The notes: generated from the letters alone by a model not told the origin. Counted from the stretch's first letter, positions 36,486-47,534 are shown. The stretch: DNA of 51,275 bases from an uncultured Hyphomicrobiales bacterium (GCA_903951595.1 CAJBCQ010000085.1:1-51275), one strand, 5' to 3'. Made by a program: numbers and translations.

Positions 36486-36513
36486 AAAACAAAAAAGGAC
36501 AGGATGGCTGTCC
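36486..36513 (-). terminator. Orphan intrinsic terminator in the ltaE-gltB spacer (minus strand; weaker on plus)
   Basis: The minus strand reads GGACAG-ccatc-CTGTCC followed by TTTTTTGTTTTCTG. On the plus strand the same hairpin is followed only by TTTT. Confidence 0.6.
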
Positions 36514-36618
36514 TTTTAGGGAAGATGCCTCGCCAATGACCCGGTTGAATGCCAATCTGGATCTGACCCCGGCCACCAAGCCGGCGGCGACACTTGCCCA
36601 AACCAACCCGGCCCTCTC

Positions 36619-36652
36619 AAAACGAAAATAAGGGGCTCGGGTTGACCGAGCC
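36619..36652 (-). terminator. Second orphan terminator-like hairpin in the ltaE-gltB spacer (minus strand)
   Basis: The minus strand reads GGCTCGG-tcaac-CCGAGCC followed by CCTTATTTTCGTTTTG. Confidence 0.5.
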
Positions 36653-36738
36653 TGACGCATGAAATGGGTCTGCCGCCACTGGCAGTCTCCAAGGAAAGAA
36701 CGCTTGATCGTGCTGCATTGAAATAAGGATCGAAGGCC

Positions 36739-39700
36739 ATGACTTCCAGGCTCCCGCACAACACCACCCCCTTCGCACCCGAAGGCATGCCTGTTGCCCA
36801 TGGTCTGTATGATCCCAAAAACGAGCATGACGCCTGCGGTGTTGGCTTCATCGCCTCCATCCGCAATGAAGCGACCCACAAGATTATCTCCGACGGCCTG
36901 TTGATCCTGAAAAACCTAGAGCATCGCGGTGCCGTGGGTGCTGACCCCAAGGCCGGCGATGGTGCCGGCATCATGATCCAGATTCCGCACGGCTTTTTCG
37001 CCGAGGAAGCCAAGCGGCTAGGCTTTGGCCTGCCGCAACCCGGCCATTATGGCGCAGGCTTTCTTTTCATGCCGCGCGAGCCTGCCATTCGCGCCGAGAT
37101 CGAACGCATCTGGTGGGAAACGACCCGCGAAGAAGGCCTAAAAATTCTGGGCTGGCGCGATGTGCCCGTGGATGATGCTGTGCTGGGCTATTCGGTGAAG
37201 AAAACCGAGCCCTTCTCGCGTCAGGTCTTCATTGGCAAAGGCCCCACCATCAAGGATGAAGCGCATTTCGAGCGCAAGCTGTTTGTCTGCCGCAAGGTGG
37301 TTTCCAACCGAGTGCTGGAAGTGTTGGGCCCATCCGCCCGCGCTTATTACCCCGTTTCGGTTTCCACCCGCACCATGGTTTATAAAGGCCTCGTGCTGGG
37401 CGAAAACCTTGGCGCTTATTACACCGAGCTTTCGGATGCGCGCGTCACCTCGGCCTTGGCACTGGTGCATCAGCGTTTCTCCACCAACACCTTCCCGGCT
37501 TGGCCGCTGGCGCATCCTTATCGCTTCATCTGCCACAATGGCGAAATCAACACGCTGCGCGGCAATTATAACTGGATGGCCGCGCGCCAAGCCAACATGA
37601 CCTCGGCTGTGTTGGGCGGGGACTTGGAAAAGCTCTGGCCCATTTCCTATGAAGGCCAGTCCGACTCCGCCTGTTTCGACAACGCGCTCGAACTTCTGTT
37701 CATGGGCGGCTATTCCATGCCGCATGCCATGATGATGCTGATCCCAGAAGCCTGGGCGGGCAATCCCTTGATGGATGAAGACCGCCGCGCCTTTTATGAA
37801 TATCACGCAGCCCTCATGGAACCATGGGATGGCCCTGCTGCCATGGCCTTCACCGATGGCCGCATGATTGGTGCCACACTCGACCGCAACGGCCTGCGCC
37901 CCGCGCGCTATTGCGTGACCAAGGACGGCTTAGTGCTGCTGGCTTCCGAAATGGGCGTGCTGAACATTCCCGAACAAGACATCGTGCAGAAATGGCGCTT
38001 GCAGCCGGGCAAGATGCTGCTCATTGATTTGCAAGCTGGCCGCATTGTTTCAGATGAAGAACTCAAGCGCGATCTGGCGTTGAAGCACCCTTACAAGGAC
38101 TGGCTAAAGCGCACACAATTGACGCTGAAGGATTTGGCGCAAAGCAAAGCAAAGCCCCGCTCGCGCATCCCCGTGCCTCTACTCGACCGCCAGCAGGCCT
38201 TTGGCTACACGCAGGAAGACTTGAAGCTGCTGATGGCACCCATGGCCCAGACGGGCCAAGAAGCCGTGGGCTCGATGGGCAATGATACGCCACTTTCAGC
38301 ATTGTCCTCCCGCCCCAAGCTGCTCGACACCTATTTCAAACAGAACTTCGCACAGGTGACGAACCCGCCGATTGACCCTATCCGTGAGGAACTGGTTATG
38401 TCGCTCGTCTCTTTCATCGGCCCGCGCCCGAACTTGCTGGATCTGAAAGGCACCTCCACGCAAATGCGGTTGGAAGTAGCCCAGCCCATTCTCACCAATG
38501 AAGAACTTGAACGCATCCGCACCATCGGCATCGTGAAGGAAAACCCCTTCCGCGCGGTGACGATTGATGTGACCTATGATGTGGCAAATGGCCCGGCTTA
38601 TATGGAAGCCGCCTTAGAGGCCGTGTGTGCAGGTGCTGAACGCGCGGTGCGCGATGGCTATAACATCATCATCCTGTCAGATCGCGCCGTATCGGGCGAG
38701 CGCGTGGCAATCCCCTCCATCCTTGCCACCTCCGCCACGCATCATCATTTGATCCGCAAGGGCCTTCGCACCTCCGTGGGCCTTGTGGTTGAATCCGGTG
38801 AACCGCGCGAAGTGCATCAGTTCTGCATGCTGGCAGGCTATGGTGCCGAAGCCATCAACCCCTATCTGGCTTTTGAAACGCTGGAAGATGTGCTGGGCCA
38901 GATTGATGAAAAGATTTCCCGCGAAGAAGCCTTCAAGCGTTATGTGAAAGCGGTTTCCAAGGGCATTCTGAAGGTCATGTCCAAAATGGGCATTTCGACC
39001 TATCAATCTTACTGCGGCGCCCAGATTTTCGATGCGGTGGGCCTCAAATCTGATTTCGTGCAGCGTTATTTCACCGGCACCTCCACCACCATCGAAGGCG
39101 TGGGCTTGCAGGAAATTGCCACCGAAGCCTTCCGCCGCCATGAGGATGCTTTCGGCACCAACCCCGTTTTTGCCACCATGCTGGATGTGGGTGGCGAATA
39201 TGGCTACCGCACGCGCGGCGAAGCCCATGTATGGACACCCGACGCCGTGGCCGATTTGCAGCACGCCGTTCGCACCGAGAACCCAGAAAAATACAACGCC
39301 TATGCCGCGCATATCAACGATCAATCCGAACAGTTGATGACCCCGCGCGGGCTTTTCCGCATCAAGTCAGCTGAAGACATGGGCCGGAAGCCCATCGACA
39401 TTTCCAAGGTGGAACCCGCGCGCGATCTGGTGAAGCGTTTTGCAACAGGTGCCATGTCCTTTGGCTCCATCTCACGCGAGGCCCACACCACACTGGCTAT
39501 CGCCATGAACCGCATCGGCGCGCGCTCCAACACGGGCGAAGGCGGCGAGGAGTCCGACCGCTTCAAGCCGCTGCCCAATGGCGACAGCATGCGCTCGGCC
39601 ATCAAGCAGGTGGCCTCAGGCCGCTTTGGTGTAACAACCGAATATCTGGTCAACGCCGATCAAATCCAAATCAAGATCGCGCAAGGGGCAAAGCCCGGCG

Positions 39701-41436
39701 AAGGCGGCCAGCTCCCCGGCCACAAGGTGGATGCTTCCATCGCCAAGGTGCGCCATTCCACCCCCGGAGTTGGCCTCATCTCACCGCCACCGCATCACGA
39801 TATTTACTGCATCGAGGATCTGGCACAGCTCATCTATGATCTGAAGAACACGAACCCGCAGGCCGATGTGTCCGTCAAGCTCGTCTCCGAAGTAGGCGTG
39901 GGCACGGTGGCAGCTGGTGTTGCCAAGGCGCGCGCTGATCATATCACGATTTCCGGTTATGAAGGCGGCACGGGTGCCTCTCCGCTCACCTCGATCAAGC
40001 ATGCCGGTAGCCCTTGGGAAATCGGTCTTGCTGAAACCCAGCAAACGCTGGTTGCCAATGGCTTGCGTGATCGCATCGCCTTGCAAGTGGATGGTGGCTT
40101 ACGCACAGGCCGTGATGTCGTGATCGCCGCATTGCTGGGTGCTGATGAAATGGGCTTCTCCACCGCCCCGCTCATCGCAGCAGGCTGCATCATGATGCGT
40201 AAGTGCCATCTCAACACCTGCCCTGTAGGTGTGGCGACGCAAGACCCCGTGCTGAGAAAGCGTTTCAAGGGCTTGCCCGAACATGTCATCAACTATTTCT
40301 TCTTCGTTGCCGAAGAAGTACGCGCCCTCATGGCCGCGATGGGCATTGCCAAGTTCGAAAACCTGATTGGTGAAATCGCTTGGCTTGACCAACAAAAAGC
40401 TCACAGTCACTGGAAGGCGCAAGGGCTGGATTTCACCAAGCTTTTCGCCAAGCCCGAAAACTGGGGCGAAGGGGCCATCCGCCACACCACCCGCCAGAAC
40501 CACCATCTGGAAAAGGTGCTCGACCGCACGCTCATCGAAACAGCAGCCCCGGCACTCGATCATAAGACGCCCGTGAAAATCGAACTGCCGGTTCGCAATT
40601 TCAACCGCTCGGTGGGTGCCATGCTGTCAGGCGAAGTTGCCCGCCGCTACGGCCATGCGGGCCTACCCGATGACACCATCGCGGTAACGCTTAACGGCAT
40701 TTCAGGCCAAAGCTTCGGCGCGTTCCTGGCCCATGGCGTGACCCTCGATCTCATCGGGGAAGCCAATGACTATGTCGGCAAAGGCTTGTCGGGTGGCCGC
40801 ATCGTTGTGCGGCCTGACCCCAAATCCAGCATCGTGCCGGAAAAGTCCATCATCGTGGGAAACACTGTGCTTTACGGTGCCATTACCGGTGAAGTCTATT
40901 TCCACGGCGTTGCCGGTGAACGCTTTGCGGTACGTAATTCCGGTGCCTTGGCCGTTGTCGAAGGTGTTGGCGACCATGGCTGCGAATATATGACCGGCGG
41001 CGTTGTCGTCGTCATCGGCGAAACCGGCCGCAACTTTGCCGCTGGCATGTCCGGTGGTGTGGCTTACGTTCTGGATGAAGCGGGCGATTTCGAAAGCCGC
41101 TGCAATCTCGCCATGGTCGATTTGGCCCCCATTCCAGCCGAAGATGAAACCATCGAACGCCTGCACCATCATGGCGGCGACTTGGAATCGCACGGCCTTG
41201 TCGATGTGACCGCCGATATGACCCGCCATGATGCTGCGCGCATTTGGGAAATGGTGGTGCGTCATCACAAATACACCGGCTCCAAACGCGCCAAGACCAT
41301 CATCGACAATTGGGCAAGCTACTTGCCGAAATTCGTGAAGGTGATGCCGCTCGAATATCGCCGCGCGCTGGAAGAAATGGAAAAAGCGCAAAGCACCAGC
41401 GATGGCATGACCATCGGCATGAAGAAGGGAGCTTGA
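36739..41436 (+). CDS. gltB: Glutamate synthase (NADPH) large subunit
   Basis: 1565 aa. After propeptide processing the N-terminal Cys sits in CGVGFIA (Ntn amidotransferase). The FMN/Fe-S central domain and the C-terminal GXGXG beta-helix domain are both present. Confidence 0.97.
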   Translation: MTSRLPHNTTPFAPEGMPVAHGLYDPKNEHDACGVGFIASIRNEATHKIISDGLLILKNLEHRGAVGADPKAGDGAGIMIQIPHGFFAEEAKRLGFGLPQPGHYGAGFLFMPREPAIRAEIERIWWETTREEGLKILGWRDVPVDDAVLGYSVKKTEPFSRQVFIGKGPTIKDEAHFERKLFVCRKVVSNRVLEVLGPSARAYYPVSVSTRTMVYKGLVLGENLGAYYTELSDARVTSALALVHQRFSTNTFPAWPLAHPYRFICHNGEINTLRGNYNWMAARQANMTSAVLGGDLEKLWPISYEGQSDSACFDNALELLFMGGYSMPHAMMMLIPEAWAGNPLMDEDRRAFYEYHAALMEPWDGPAAMAFTDGRMIGATLDRNGLRPARYCVTKDGLVLLASEMGVLNIPEQDIVQKWRLQPGKMLLIDLQAGRIVSDEELKRDLALKHPYKDWLKRTQLTLKDLAQSKAKPRSRIPVPLLDRQQAFGYTQEDLKLLMAPMAQTGQEAVGSMGNDTPLSALSSRPKLLDTYFKQNFAQVTNPPIDPIREELVMSLVSFIGPRPNLLDLKGTSTQMRLEVAQPILTNEELERIRTIGIVKENPFRAVTIDVTYDVANGPAYMEAALEAVCAGAERAVRDGYNIIILSDRAVSGERVAIPSILATSATHHHLIRKGLRTSVGLVVESGEPREVHQFCMLAGYGAEAINPYLAFETLEDVLGQIDEKISREEAFKRYVKAVSKGILKVMSKMGISTYQSYCGAQIFDAVGLKSDFVQRYFTGTSTTIEGVGLQEIATEAFRRHEDAFGTNPVFATMLDVGGEYGYRTRGEAHVWTPDAVADLQHAVRTENPEKYNAYAAHINDQSEQLMTPRGLFRIKSAEDMGRKPIDISKVEPARDLVKRFATGAMSFGSISREAHTTLAIAMNRIGARSNTGEGGEESDRFKPLPNGDSMRSAIKQVASGRFGVTTEYLVNADQIQIKIAQGAKPGEGGQLPGHKVDASIAKVRHSTPGVGLISPPPHHDIYCIEDLAQLIYDLKNTNPQADVSVKLVSEVGVGTVAAGVAKARADHITISGYEGGTGASPLTSIKHAGSPWEIGLAETQQTLVANGLRDRIALQVDGGLRTGRDVVIAALLGADEMGFSTAPLIAAGCIMMRKCHLNTCPVGVATQDPVLRKRFKGLPEHVINYFFFVAEEVRALMAAMGIAKFENLIGEIAWLDQQKAHSHWKAQGLDFTKLFAKPENWGEGAIRHTTRQNHHLEKVLDRTLIETAAPALDHKTPVKIELPVRNFNRSVGAMLSGEVARRYGHAGLPDDTIAVTLNGISGQSFGAFLAHGVTLDLIGEANDYVGKGLSGGRIVVRPDPKSSIVPEKSIIVGNTVLYGAITGEVYFHGVAGERFAVRNSGALAVVEGVGDHGCEYMTGGVVVVIGETGRNFAAGMSGGVAYVLDEAGDFESRCNLAMVDLAPIPAEDETIERLHHHGGDLESHGLVDVTADMTRHDAARIWEMVVRHHKYTGSKRAKTIIDNWASYLPKFVKVMPLEYRRALEEMEKAQSTSDGMTIGMKKGA

Positions 41437-41439
41437 GAC

Positions 41440-42858
41440 ATGGGCAAGATTACCGGCTTCCTCGAAATTGATCGGCAGGAGCAAACCTATGCGCCCGCCG
41501 CCGACCGTGTGCGCCATTACAAGGAATTCACCATTCCACTGGATGAACGCGACACCCAACGCCAAGCCGCGCGCTGCATGGATTGTGGCGTGCCCTATTG
41601 CCACACGGGCTGCCCGGTGAATAACCAGATCCCGGATTGGAATGATCTCATCTATCAGGGCAACTGGCAGGAAGCTGCAGCCAACCTGCACTCCACCAAC
41701 AACTTCCCCGAATTCACAGGCCGCATCTGCCCTGCCCCCTGCGAGGAAGCCTGCACGCTGAATTTGGAAAACGTGCCCGTCACCATCAAATCCATCGAAG
41801 GTGCCATTGCTGATCGCGCGTGGAATGAAGGGTGGATCACGCCGCAAATTCCAGAAGAAAAGACCGGCAAAAAAGTCGCCATTGTCGGCTCCGGCCCGGC
41901 AGGCCTTGCGGCCGCCCAGCAGCTTGCCCGCGTGGGCCATGATGTGCATGTGTTCGAGCGTGAACCCAAAGCCGGTGGCCTACTGCGTTACGGCATTCCT
42001 GATTTCAAAATGGAAAAGCAAAGCATCGATCGGCGCGTGGCGCAGATGCAAGCCGAGGGCGTGAGCTTCCATTATGGCGTGGAAATTGGCGTGGGCCGTC
42101 CCTTCCGCTCGCTCACCGACAATTATGATGCCGTCCTCATCGCGGCAGGCGCCGAAAAGCCGCGCGACCCAGAACTTCCCGGCACCGATACGCAAGGCTG
42201 CGAACTCGCCATGCCCTTCCTCACCCAGCAAAATCGCCGTGTGGGCGGGGAAGATGTCAGTGCGGAACGCCAAATCCTGGCGACCGGCAAGCATGTGGTG
42301 GTGGTGGGTGGTGGTGATACGGCATCCGATTGCGTGGGAACCAGCTTCCGGCAGGGTGCGCTTTCCGTCACCCAGCTCGACATCCGCCCCGTACCGCCAC
42401 AAATGGAAGACAAGCTCACCGTCTGGCCCTATTGGCCCACAAAATTCCGCACCTCATCTTCGCAAGCCGAAGGGGCAAACCGCGAATTTGCCTGCGCCAC
42501 TTTGGGCGTTGTGAGCCAAATGGGTAAAGTCACTGGCGTGCGCTGCGCGCGTGTGGATGAAAAGCGCGTCCCCATCGCAGGCACGGAATTCATCCTCAAG
42601 GCCGATCTCGTCCTCATCGCCATCGGCTTTGCCGGACCCAAGGAAGAAGGCCTTCTCTCAGAGCTTCAGGTAGAGCGCGACAAGCGCCGCAATGTGAAGG
42701 CCAATGAGCAGGATTATCTGACGAGCAGCCCAAAAGTGTTTGCTGCAGGCGACATCCGTCGCGGCCAATCACTTGTCGTCTGGGCCATCCGCGAAGGCCG
42801 TCAAGCGGCTCGTTCGATTGACGAATTCCTCATGGGTGAGACATCGCTGCCGCGCTGA
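41440..42858 (+). CDS. gltD: Glutamate synthase (NADPH) small subunit
   Basis: Fe-S cysteines ([19 protein letters not shown]) and FAD/NADPH folds ([27 protein letters not shown]). It lies 3 nt after gltB. Confidence 0.95.
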   Translation: MGKITGFLEIDRQEQTYAPAADRVRHYKEFTIPLDERDTQRQAARCMDCGVPYCHTGCPVNNQIPDWNDLIYQGNWQEAAANLHSTNNFPEFTGRICPAPCEEACTLNLENVPVTIKSIEGAIADRAWNEGWITPQIPEEKTGKKVAIVGSGPAGLAAAQQLARVGHDVHVFEREPKAGGLLRYGIPDFKMEKQSIDRRVAQMQAEGVSFHYGVEIGVGRPFRSLTDNYDAVLIAAGAEKPRDPELPGTDTQGCELAMPFLTQQNRRVGGEDVSAERQILATGKHVVVVGGGDTASDCVGTSFRQGALSVTQLDIRPVPPQMEDKLTVWPYWPTKFRTSSSQAEGANREFACATLGVVSQMGKVTGVRCARVDEKRVPIAGTEFILKADLVLIAIGFAGPKEEGLLSELQVERDKRRNVKANEQDYLTSSPKVFAAGDIRRGQSLVVWAIREGRQAARSIDEFLMGETSLPR

Positions 42859-43852
42859 AATCATCCACACGACCGGGCTTGGGTGCAGGCCACTGGCCTT
42901 TCATAAAAAGGGCTTCAGCCGAACTGCCGGTGGCGGTTGATTCAATCAATCGCTCAACAAGCACACGCCCCGTCACCACATTGCCTTCTGCATCCGCAAT
43001 CAGCGTGGATGGTGGGCGATAGGCAGGCCGCATGACATTCTCCACACCATCGGTGGGCGAGACAAGCTGGCCGAACAATGGGCTTGCAGGCGCATCGGCC
43101 TGCGGCCCATCCGGTGAAAGGCCAGCAGCTTCCGCACTGCCGAAAGCCGCACCGATATCAGCCCGGATAGCTGCCAACAGAGCTTGCGCCAGCTTGTCAG
43201 AGCCTTTCGCAGTCAGGCTGATACCATCCCCGCCCTGGAAGGATTTAGCATCGGCCCCAAATACCGCGCGCATATCCAAGAACTTCACCCCCGCCGCCTC
43301 TACCCGCGCCTTCTGCACATCACGGATGAGGCTCATATTGGCATCCAGCTTCTTTGCACCAAGTGGCGGCAACCCCAGCCAATAAACCGCAGCCCCCTTG
43401 GCTTTCAGAATACCGACGAGCTCGTCTACCCGCGCGCCATAGGCGGCCTTCCATTCTTCATTGCCAAAAGCAACGCCACTTTCGCCAGCGCGCAGTGGCT
43501 GGCTGTCATTCAGCCCCAACATGATCACGGCAATATCAATGCCATTGCTTTCCTGAATCTTCGGCAAGGCTTGCGCCCAATCATGAATATCCGGCCGCGC
43601 AAGACCCGATTCCTCCTTGGTGCGCCCATCAACCTTGATGAGAGCATCCTGCTCAACCGCTACCTTCAATCTGGCAAGCACACCGCTCGCCAAGCCATCG
43701 CCGAACATGAAGATTTGATAGCTGTCGCGCGGTGCCCCCAGATAGCTGCCTTGCGGCATGGCACTTTGCGCAGCCTCAGGGGCCACGGTTTCGGTGGCAG
43801 CAACCGGAAGCGTCCACAACATCAGCAATGTGCAAACAATCCGAAACCGCAT
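42830..43852 (-). CDS. Exported SGNH/GDSL-fold protein (DUF459-like) lacking the canonical Ser and His
   Basis: Signal peptide [19 protein letters not shown]. Block III (GLND) is present. Block I reads FGDGLA (GDG instead of GDS; checked on the DNA: ttcggcgatggcttg). Block V reads DGISLT (DxxS instead of DxxH). The 3' end overlaps gltD convergently by 29 nt. Confidence 0.65.
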   Translation of the reverse strand: MRFRIVCTLLMLWTLPVAATETVAPEAAQSAMPQGSYLGAPRDSYQIFMFGDGLASGVLARLKVAVEQDALIKVDGRTKEESGLARPDIHDWAQALPKIQESNGIDIAVIMLGLNDSQPLRAGESGVAFGNEEWKAAYGARVDELVGILKAKGAAVYWLGLPPLGAKKLDANMSLIRDVQKARVEAAGVKFLDMRAVFGADAKSFQGGDGISLTAKGSDKLAQALLAAIRADIGAAFGSAEAAGLSPDGPQADAPASPLFGQLVSPTDGVENVMRPAYRPPSTLIADAEGNVVTGRVLVERLIESTATGSSAEALFMKGQWPAPKPGRVDDFSAAAMSHP

Positions 43853-43858
43853 GAAACA

Positions 43859-45052
43859 TCAATCCCGCAAAGCCGCCAGAAGCTTGCGCCCCGGAAAACC
43901 ATCCACCTTCAACCCGCGCGCCTTCTGGAATGCAATGATCGCCTCATAGGTGCGCGCGCCAAACCGCCCATCCGTGCCGCCCGTCTCAAAGCCCTTCGCA
44001 ATGAGCCGCTTTTGCAATTCAACCCGCTCAGCAAAGCCAAGCTCGGCCACAGGCTCGCGCCATTCACCCTGAAAAGGCGCACCCCCCATGATCCGATCCC
44101 CCAGATGGCCCACCGCCACCGAATAGGAATGGGATTGGTTATAGGCCATGATGGCCATGAAATTCGCAGTGACGATAAAGGCCGGGCCATCCAGCCCCTG
44201 CGGCAACATCACAAAGCCCCTGGCTGAAGGGGCAGGAAGTTTGCCACCCTTGGCAGGCTGGATGCCGAGCTTGCCCCATTGCGCCATCGTCTTCCAAGTC
44301 TTGCGCCCGATAAGCCCGCGATCAAAACCAGAAGGCAGAACCACTTCAAGCCCCCAGGGCTGGGCGTCATTCCATCCGGCTTGTTTCAGATAATTGGCGG
44401 TAGAAGCCAGGGCATCGGCATGATTGCCCCAAATGTCGCGCCTGCCATCGCCATCCCAATCCACTGCGGACGCCAGATAGCTCGTGGGGATGAATTGCGT
44501 ATGCCCCATGGCACCCGCCCATGAGCCGTTGAAACGGGCCGGTGAAATGGCACCTGTCTTCAGCACGCGAAAGGCGGCGGCAAGCTGCGCGCGCCCATAA
44601 TCCTTGCGCCGCCCCGTATAGGCCAGCGTCGCCAGCGAGCGGATGACCTTCATCGAGCCGATATCGGCACCGAAATTGCTCTCCATGCCCCAAATAGCCA
44701 AAAGGATGCGGCGATCAACCCCATAACGCGCCTCAATGGCAGCCAGCAGCTTGGCTTGCGAGGCCAGATATTTGCGCCCATTGGCAATGCGGGCATCGGT
44801 GATGGCCTTGCCGAGATATTGCGCCGTGGTGGAGGTGAATTCCGGTTGCGTCTTCATCATTTCCAGAACGCGGCCATCCGGCTCTGTAATCCCGGCAATG
44901 GCCTGCTTGAATTGGCTTTGCGAAAGCCCAGCACGCTCAGCCATCTGCCAACCGGTGCTGTTGAGAAACGCCATAAACTTCGCATCCGCCGCTGGGGCAG
45001 GCACGGCAAGCAGAAAAAGGCCAAAGATGGCAGCAGCAAAACGCATCATCAT
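43859..45052 (-). CDS. Lytic murein transglycosylase (MltB/SLT_2 type) with C-terminal peptidoglycan-binding domain
   Basis: Start taken at MMMRFAAAIFGLFLLAVPAPAADA. The catalytic block is IWGMESNFG. The C-terminal PG_binding_1 domain is LQKRLIAKGFETGGTDGRFGARTYEAIIAFQKARGL. Confidence 0.85.
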   Translation of the reverse strand: MMMRFAAAIFGLFLLAVPAPAADAKFMAFLNSTGWQMAERAGLSQSQFKQAIAGITEPDGRVLEMMKTQPEFTSTTAQYLGKAITDARIANGRKYLASQAKLLAAIEARYGVDRRILLAIWGMESNFGADIGSMKVIRSLATLAYTGRRKDYGRAQLAAAFRVLKTGAISPARFNGSWAGAMGHTQFIPTSYLASAVDWDGDGRRDIWGNHADALASTANYLKQAGWNDAQPWGLEVVLPSGFDRGLIGRKTWKTMAQWGKLGIQPAKGGKLPAPSARGFVMLPQGLDGPAFIVTANFMAIMAYNQSHSYSVAVGHLGDRIMGGAPFQGEWREPVAELGFAERVELQKRLIAKGFETGGTDGRFGARTYEAIIAFQKARGLKVDGFPGRKLLAALRD

Positions 45053-45060
45053 CTGGCAAC

Positions 45061-46053
45061 TCATCCGGTACTGTTGCGCGCAGAAAGCTTGGCTTCCCAT
45101 GCCAAAGCCGAAGCCACAATGCCATCCAGATCATCGCGCGTTGGTTTCCAGCCCAGCACTTGGCGCGCACGCTCGCCCACCGCAACAATAGAGGCTGGAT
45201 CCCCCGCCCGACGCGGCGCATCCTTCACATTGACCTTCTTGCCTGATGCCCGCTCCACCGCCGCAATCACTTCCAGCACCGAAAACCCGCGCCCATAGCC
45301 GCAATTGAAAATGCCGCTCTCGCCACCGGCGCGCAAATAATCAAGAGCTGCCGCATGGGCATCCACCAGATCGGTCACATGGATGTAATCGCGGACGCAA
45401 GTGCCGTCGGGCGTGGGGTAATCGCGGCCAAAAATCTCCATGAACTTACGCTGGCCCAACACCGTCTGCGATGCCGCTTTGATAAGATGCGTGGCGCGCG
45501 GGGTCGATTGCCCACTGCGCCCTTGCGGGTCCGCCCCCGCCACGTTGAAATAACGCAGCACGGCATAATTCAAGCCATAAGCGGCCGCACTGTCGCGCAG
45601 CATCCACTCCGTCATCAGCTTGGAAGCGCCATAGGGCGACATGGGATTGGGTGTCGCATTCTCACCCACAGGCACGATTTCGGGGTTGCCATAAACGGCT
45701 GCGGTGGAAGAGAAAATGAAGCGCGGCACTTTGTGGCGCACAGCCGCTGCCATCAGGCTACGGGATTTAACCGTATTGTTGAGGTAATATCCCAGCGGAT
45801 CAGCAACCGAATCTGGCACCACAATGGAGCCTGCAAAATGGATAATGGCATCAAAACCACCCGCCCCCAGAATCTCATCCAGCAGCGCCTCATCCCCTAT
45901 GTCGCCTTTGACGAAGTTGACCGCGCCCGGCAGCACCCACCAGACCCCGGTGGACAAATTATCGAGCACGGTCACATCCTCACCCCGGTCCAGGAGCGCC
46001 AACACCATATGGCTACCGATATAACCCGCCCCGCCTGTCACCAGAACCGCCAT
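45061..46053 (-). CDS. galE: UDP-glucose 4-epimerase
   Basis: MAVLVTGGAGYIGSH, the YGASK catalytic motif (PYGASKLM), and FNCGYGRGFSVLEV. 330 aa. Confidence 0.9.
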   Translation of the reverse strand: MAVLVTGGAGYIGSHMVLALLDRGEDVTVLDNLSTGVWWVLPGAVNFVKGDIGDEALLDEILGAGGFDAIIHFAGSIVVPDSVADPLGYYLNNTVKSRSLMAAAVRHKVPRFIFSSTAAVYGNPEIVPVGENATPNPMSPYGASKLMTEWMLRDSAAAYGLNYAVLRYFNVAGADPQGRSGQSTPRATHLIKAASQTVLGQRKFMEIFGRDYPTPDGTCVRDYIHVTDLVDAHAAALDYLRAGGESGIFNCGYGRGFSVLEVIAAVERASGKKVNVKDAPRRAGDPASIVAVGERARQVLGWKPTRDDLDGIVASALAWEAKLSARNSTG

Positions 46054-46162
46054 AAATCCTCCGCCTTTGAGTTAACGATGGGTCAACCTGATATTGCTAG
46101 CCCATCTTTACTGGTTAAGGCAGAACATAGGCCAAACTCTGGCTGGGAGACTAGGTAGAACA

Positions 46163-47038
46163 ATGAAACGTCCAATCCGCAAAGCTGTTTTCCCCGTAGC
46201 CGGCCTCGGCACCCGCTTTTTGCCCGCCACCAAGGCAATCCCCAAGGAAATGCTGACCATTGTAGACCGCCCGGTCATCCAGCTTGCCGTCGATGAGGCG
46301 CGCGAAGCGGGCATTGAGCATTTCATCTTCGTGACGGGCCGCAACAAGGGCACGATCGAGGATCATTTCGACAAACAATATGAGCTGGAAGACACGCTGC
46401 GCCGCCGTGGCAAGCTGAAGGAACTGGAAGCCCTGACAAGGGAACTGCCCCAAGCCGGCCAGACGAGCTTCACCCGCCAGCAGGAACCGCTGGGGCTGGG
46501 CCATGCCGTTTGGTGCGCGCGCGAGCTTGTCGGCAACGAGCCCTTCGCCCTGCTCTTGCCCGATATGTTCATCCACGCAACACCCGGTTGCCTCAAACAG
46601 ATGATGGAAGTCTACCAAGAAACCCAGTCCAACATCATCGCGGTGGAAGAAGTGCCGTGGGAGGATGTTCACCGCTATGGCGTTGTCGCCAAGGGGGCGC
46701 AAATGGGCAACGCCTTCGAGATCACCGGCATGGTGGAAAAGCCCAAGCGCGAAGCCGCCCCTTCGAACCTCATCATCTCGGGCCGCTATATTCTGCAGCC
46801 AGAAATCTTCCCCGAAATCGCCGCCCAAGAACCCGGTGCCGGTGGCGAAATCCAACTCACCGACGCCATGATCCGCCTCATGGGCTCAAAGCCGTTCCAC
46901 GGCCTCAAATTCCAAGGCCAAACCTATGACTGCGGCGACAAATTGGGCTTCCTCGCTGCCAATGTGGCCTCAGGGCTGGCGCATCCGGAATTAGGCGCAA
47001 AGTTCAGGCAGTTGCTGGACGGCATGTTGAAGGGTTAG
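46163..47038 (+). CDS. galU: UTP--glucose-1-phosphate uridylyltransferase
   Basis: Start at MKRPIRKAVFPVAGLGTRFLPATKAIPKEML (the GalU signature), with VEKP and LTDA downstream. It is divergent from galE. Confidence 0.9.
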   Translation: MKRPIRKAVFPVAGLGTRFLPATKAIPKEMLTIVDRPVIQLAVDEAREAGIEHFIFVTGRNKGTIEDHFDKQYELEDTLRRRGKLKELEALTRELPQAGQTSFTRQQEPLGLGHAVWCARELVGNEPFALLLPDMFIHATPGCLKQMMEVYQETQSNIIAVEEVPWEDVHRYGVVAKGAQMGNAFEITGMVEKPKREAAPSNLIISGRYILQPEIFPEIAAQEPGAGGEIQLTDAMIRLMGSKPFHGLKFQGQTYDCGDKLGFLAANVASGLAHPELGAKFRQLLDGMLKG

Positions 47039-47077
47039 CTTCTATCGCGCCTGCGCGGGAATGGCATTTATTTTTGT

Positions 47078-47102
47078 GTCACTCCCGCGAAAGCGGGAAT
47101 CC
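47078..47102. repeat. REP-like hairpin element (gtcacTCCCGCgaaaGCGGGAatcc)
   Basis: Perfect 6-bp GC stem with a GAAA loop. It shares flanks (GTCA...ATCC) with the hairpins at 9026-9215 and lies inside the last 8 codons and stop of the NfeD ORF. Confidence 0.65.
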
Positions 47103-47534
47103 GGCTTCTGAGGGCTTCACCACCAACCGCGCCCCATCCGCCCCCGTCACTTCCACCCACGCACCCGCATCCAGATCCGGCCCGACAATCTCCCAGCGCG
47201 TATCATCAATGATGATCGCGCCCAGCCCATCGCGGATCGGCTCATGCAATTTGTAACGCCTGCCCACATGGGCAAGCTGGCGTTGGTTGAGGACAGGCAC
47301 CTCATCAACCACCCGCCGCTTCAACCACACCCGCCCCGCCAACGCAAAAGCCACCGCGAAAGCACCGAAGATCACAAGCTCCACGGCCAAATGCATCGGC
47401 ACAAAATGGTGCAGAATAGCCACCGCCGCTGCGGCAATGCCAAACCACACCAATAAAACCCCCGGCAAAACAAGCTCAGCGATCAACAGCAAGCCTGCCG
47501 CAATCCACCAGCCCCAATCGCCAAGGATCATCAT
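47079..47534 (-). CDS. NfeD-family membrane protein
   Basis: Three N-terminal TM helices and a C-terminal OB-fold-like WEIVGPDLDAGAWVEVTGADGARLVVKP. The start overlaps the SPFH stop (ATGA). The last residues, AGFPLSRE, are encoded by the REP-like element. Confidence 0.8.
   Translation of the reverse strand: MMILGDWGWWIAAGLLLIAELVLPGVLLVWFGIAAAAVAILHHFVPMHLAVELVIFGAFAVAFALAGRVWLKRRVVDEVPVLNQRQLAHVGRRYKLHEPIRDGLGAIIIDDTRWEIVGPDLDAGAWVEVTGADGARLVVKPSEAGFPLSRE

Noticed and set aside
36371-36738. Glycine or other known riboswitch in front of ltaE.
   Set aside because: I could not recognise the conserved glycine-riboswitch cores or any other riboswitch signature by eye. It is kept only as a generic structured leader or sRNA hypothesis.
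36397-37013. Two minus-strand ORFs (160 and 165 aa) spanning the ltaE-gltB spacer and the gltB 5' end.
   Set aside because: They read straight through two terminator hairpins and overlap the gltB start. They have no RBS or motifs. The spacer is treated as non-coding RNA or regulatory space instead.
40702-41949. 415-aa ORF on the minus strand.
   Set aside because: It lies entirely antisense to gltB/gltD, whose identity is unambiguous. The translation is low-complexity and G/A/H-rich with no motifs. This is the typical long mirror-frame ORF of GC-rich DNA.
43184-44227. 347-aa ORF on the plus strand.
   Set aside because: It is antisense to the SGNH-like and lytic transglycosylase genes. It is R/P/H-rich with no recognisable domain. 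GC-rich shadow ORF.
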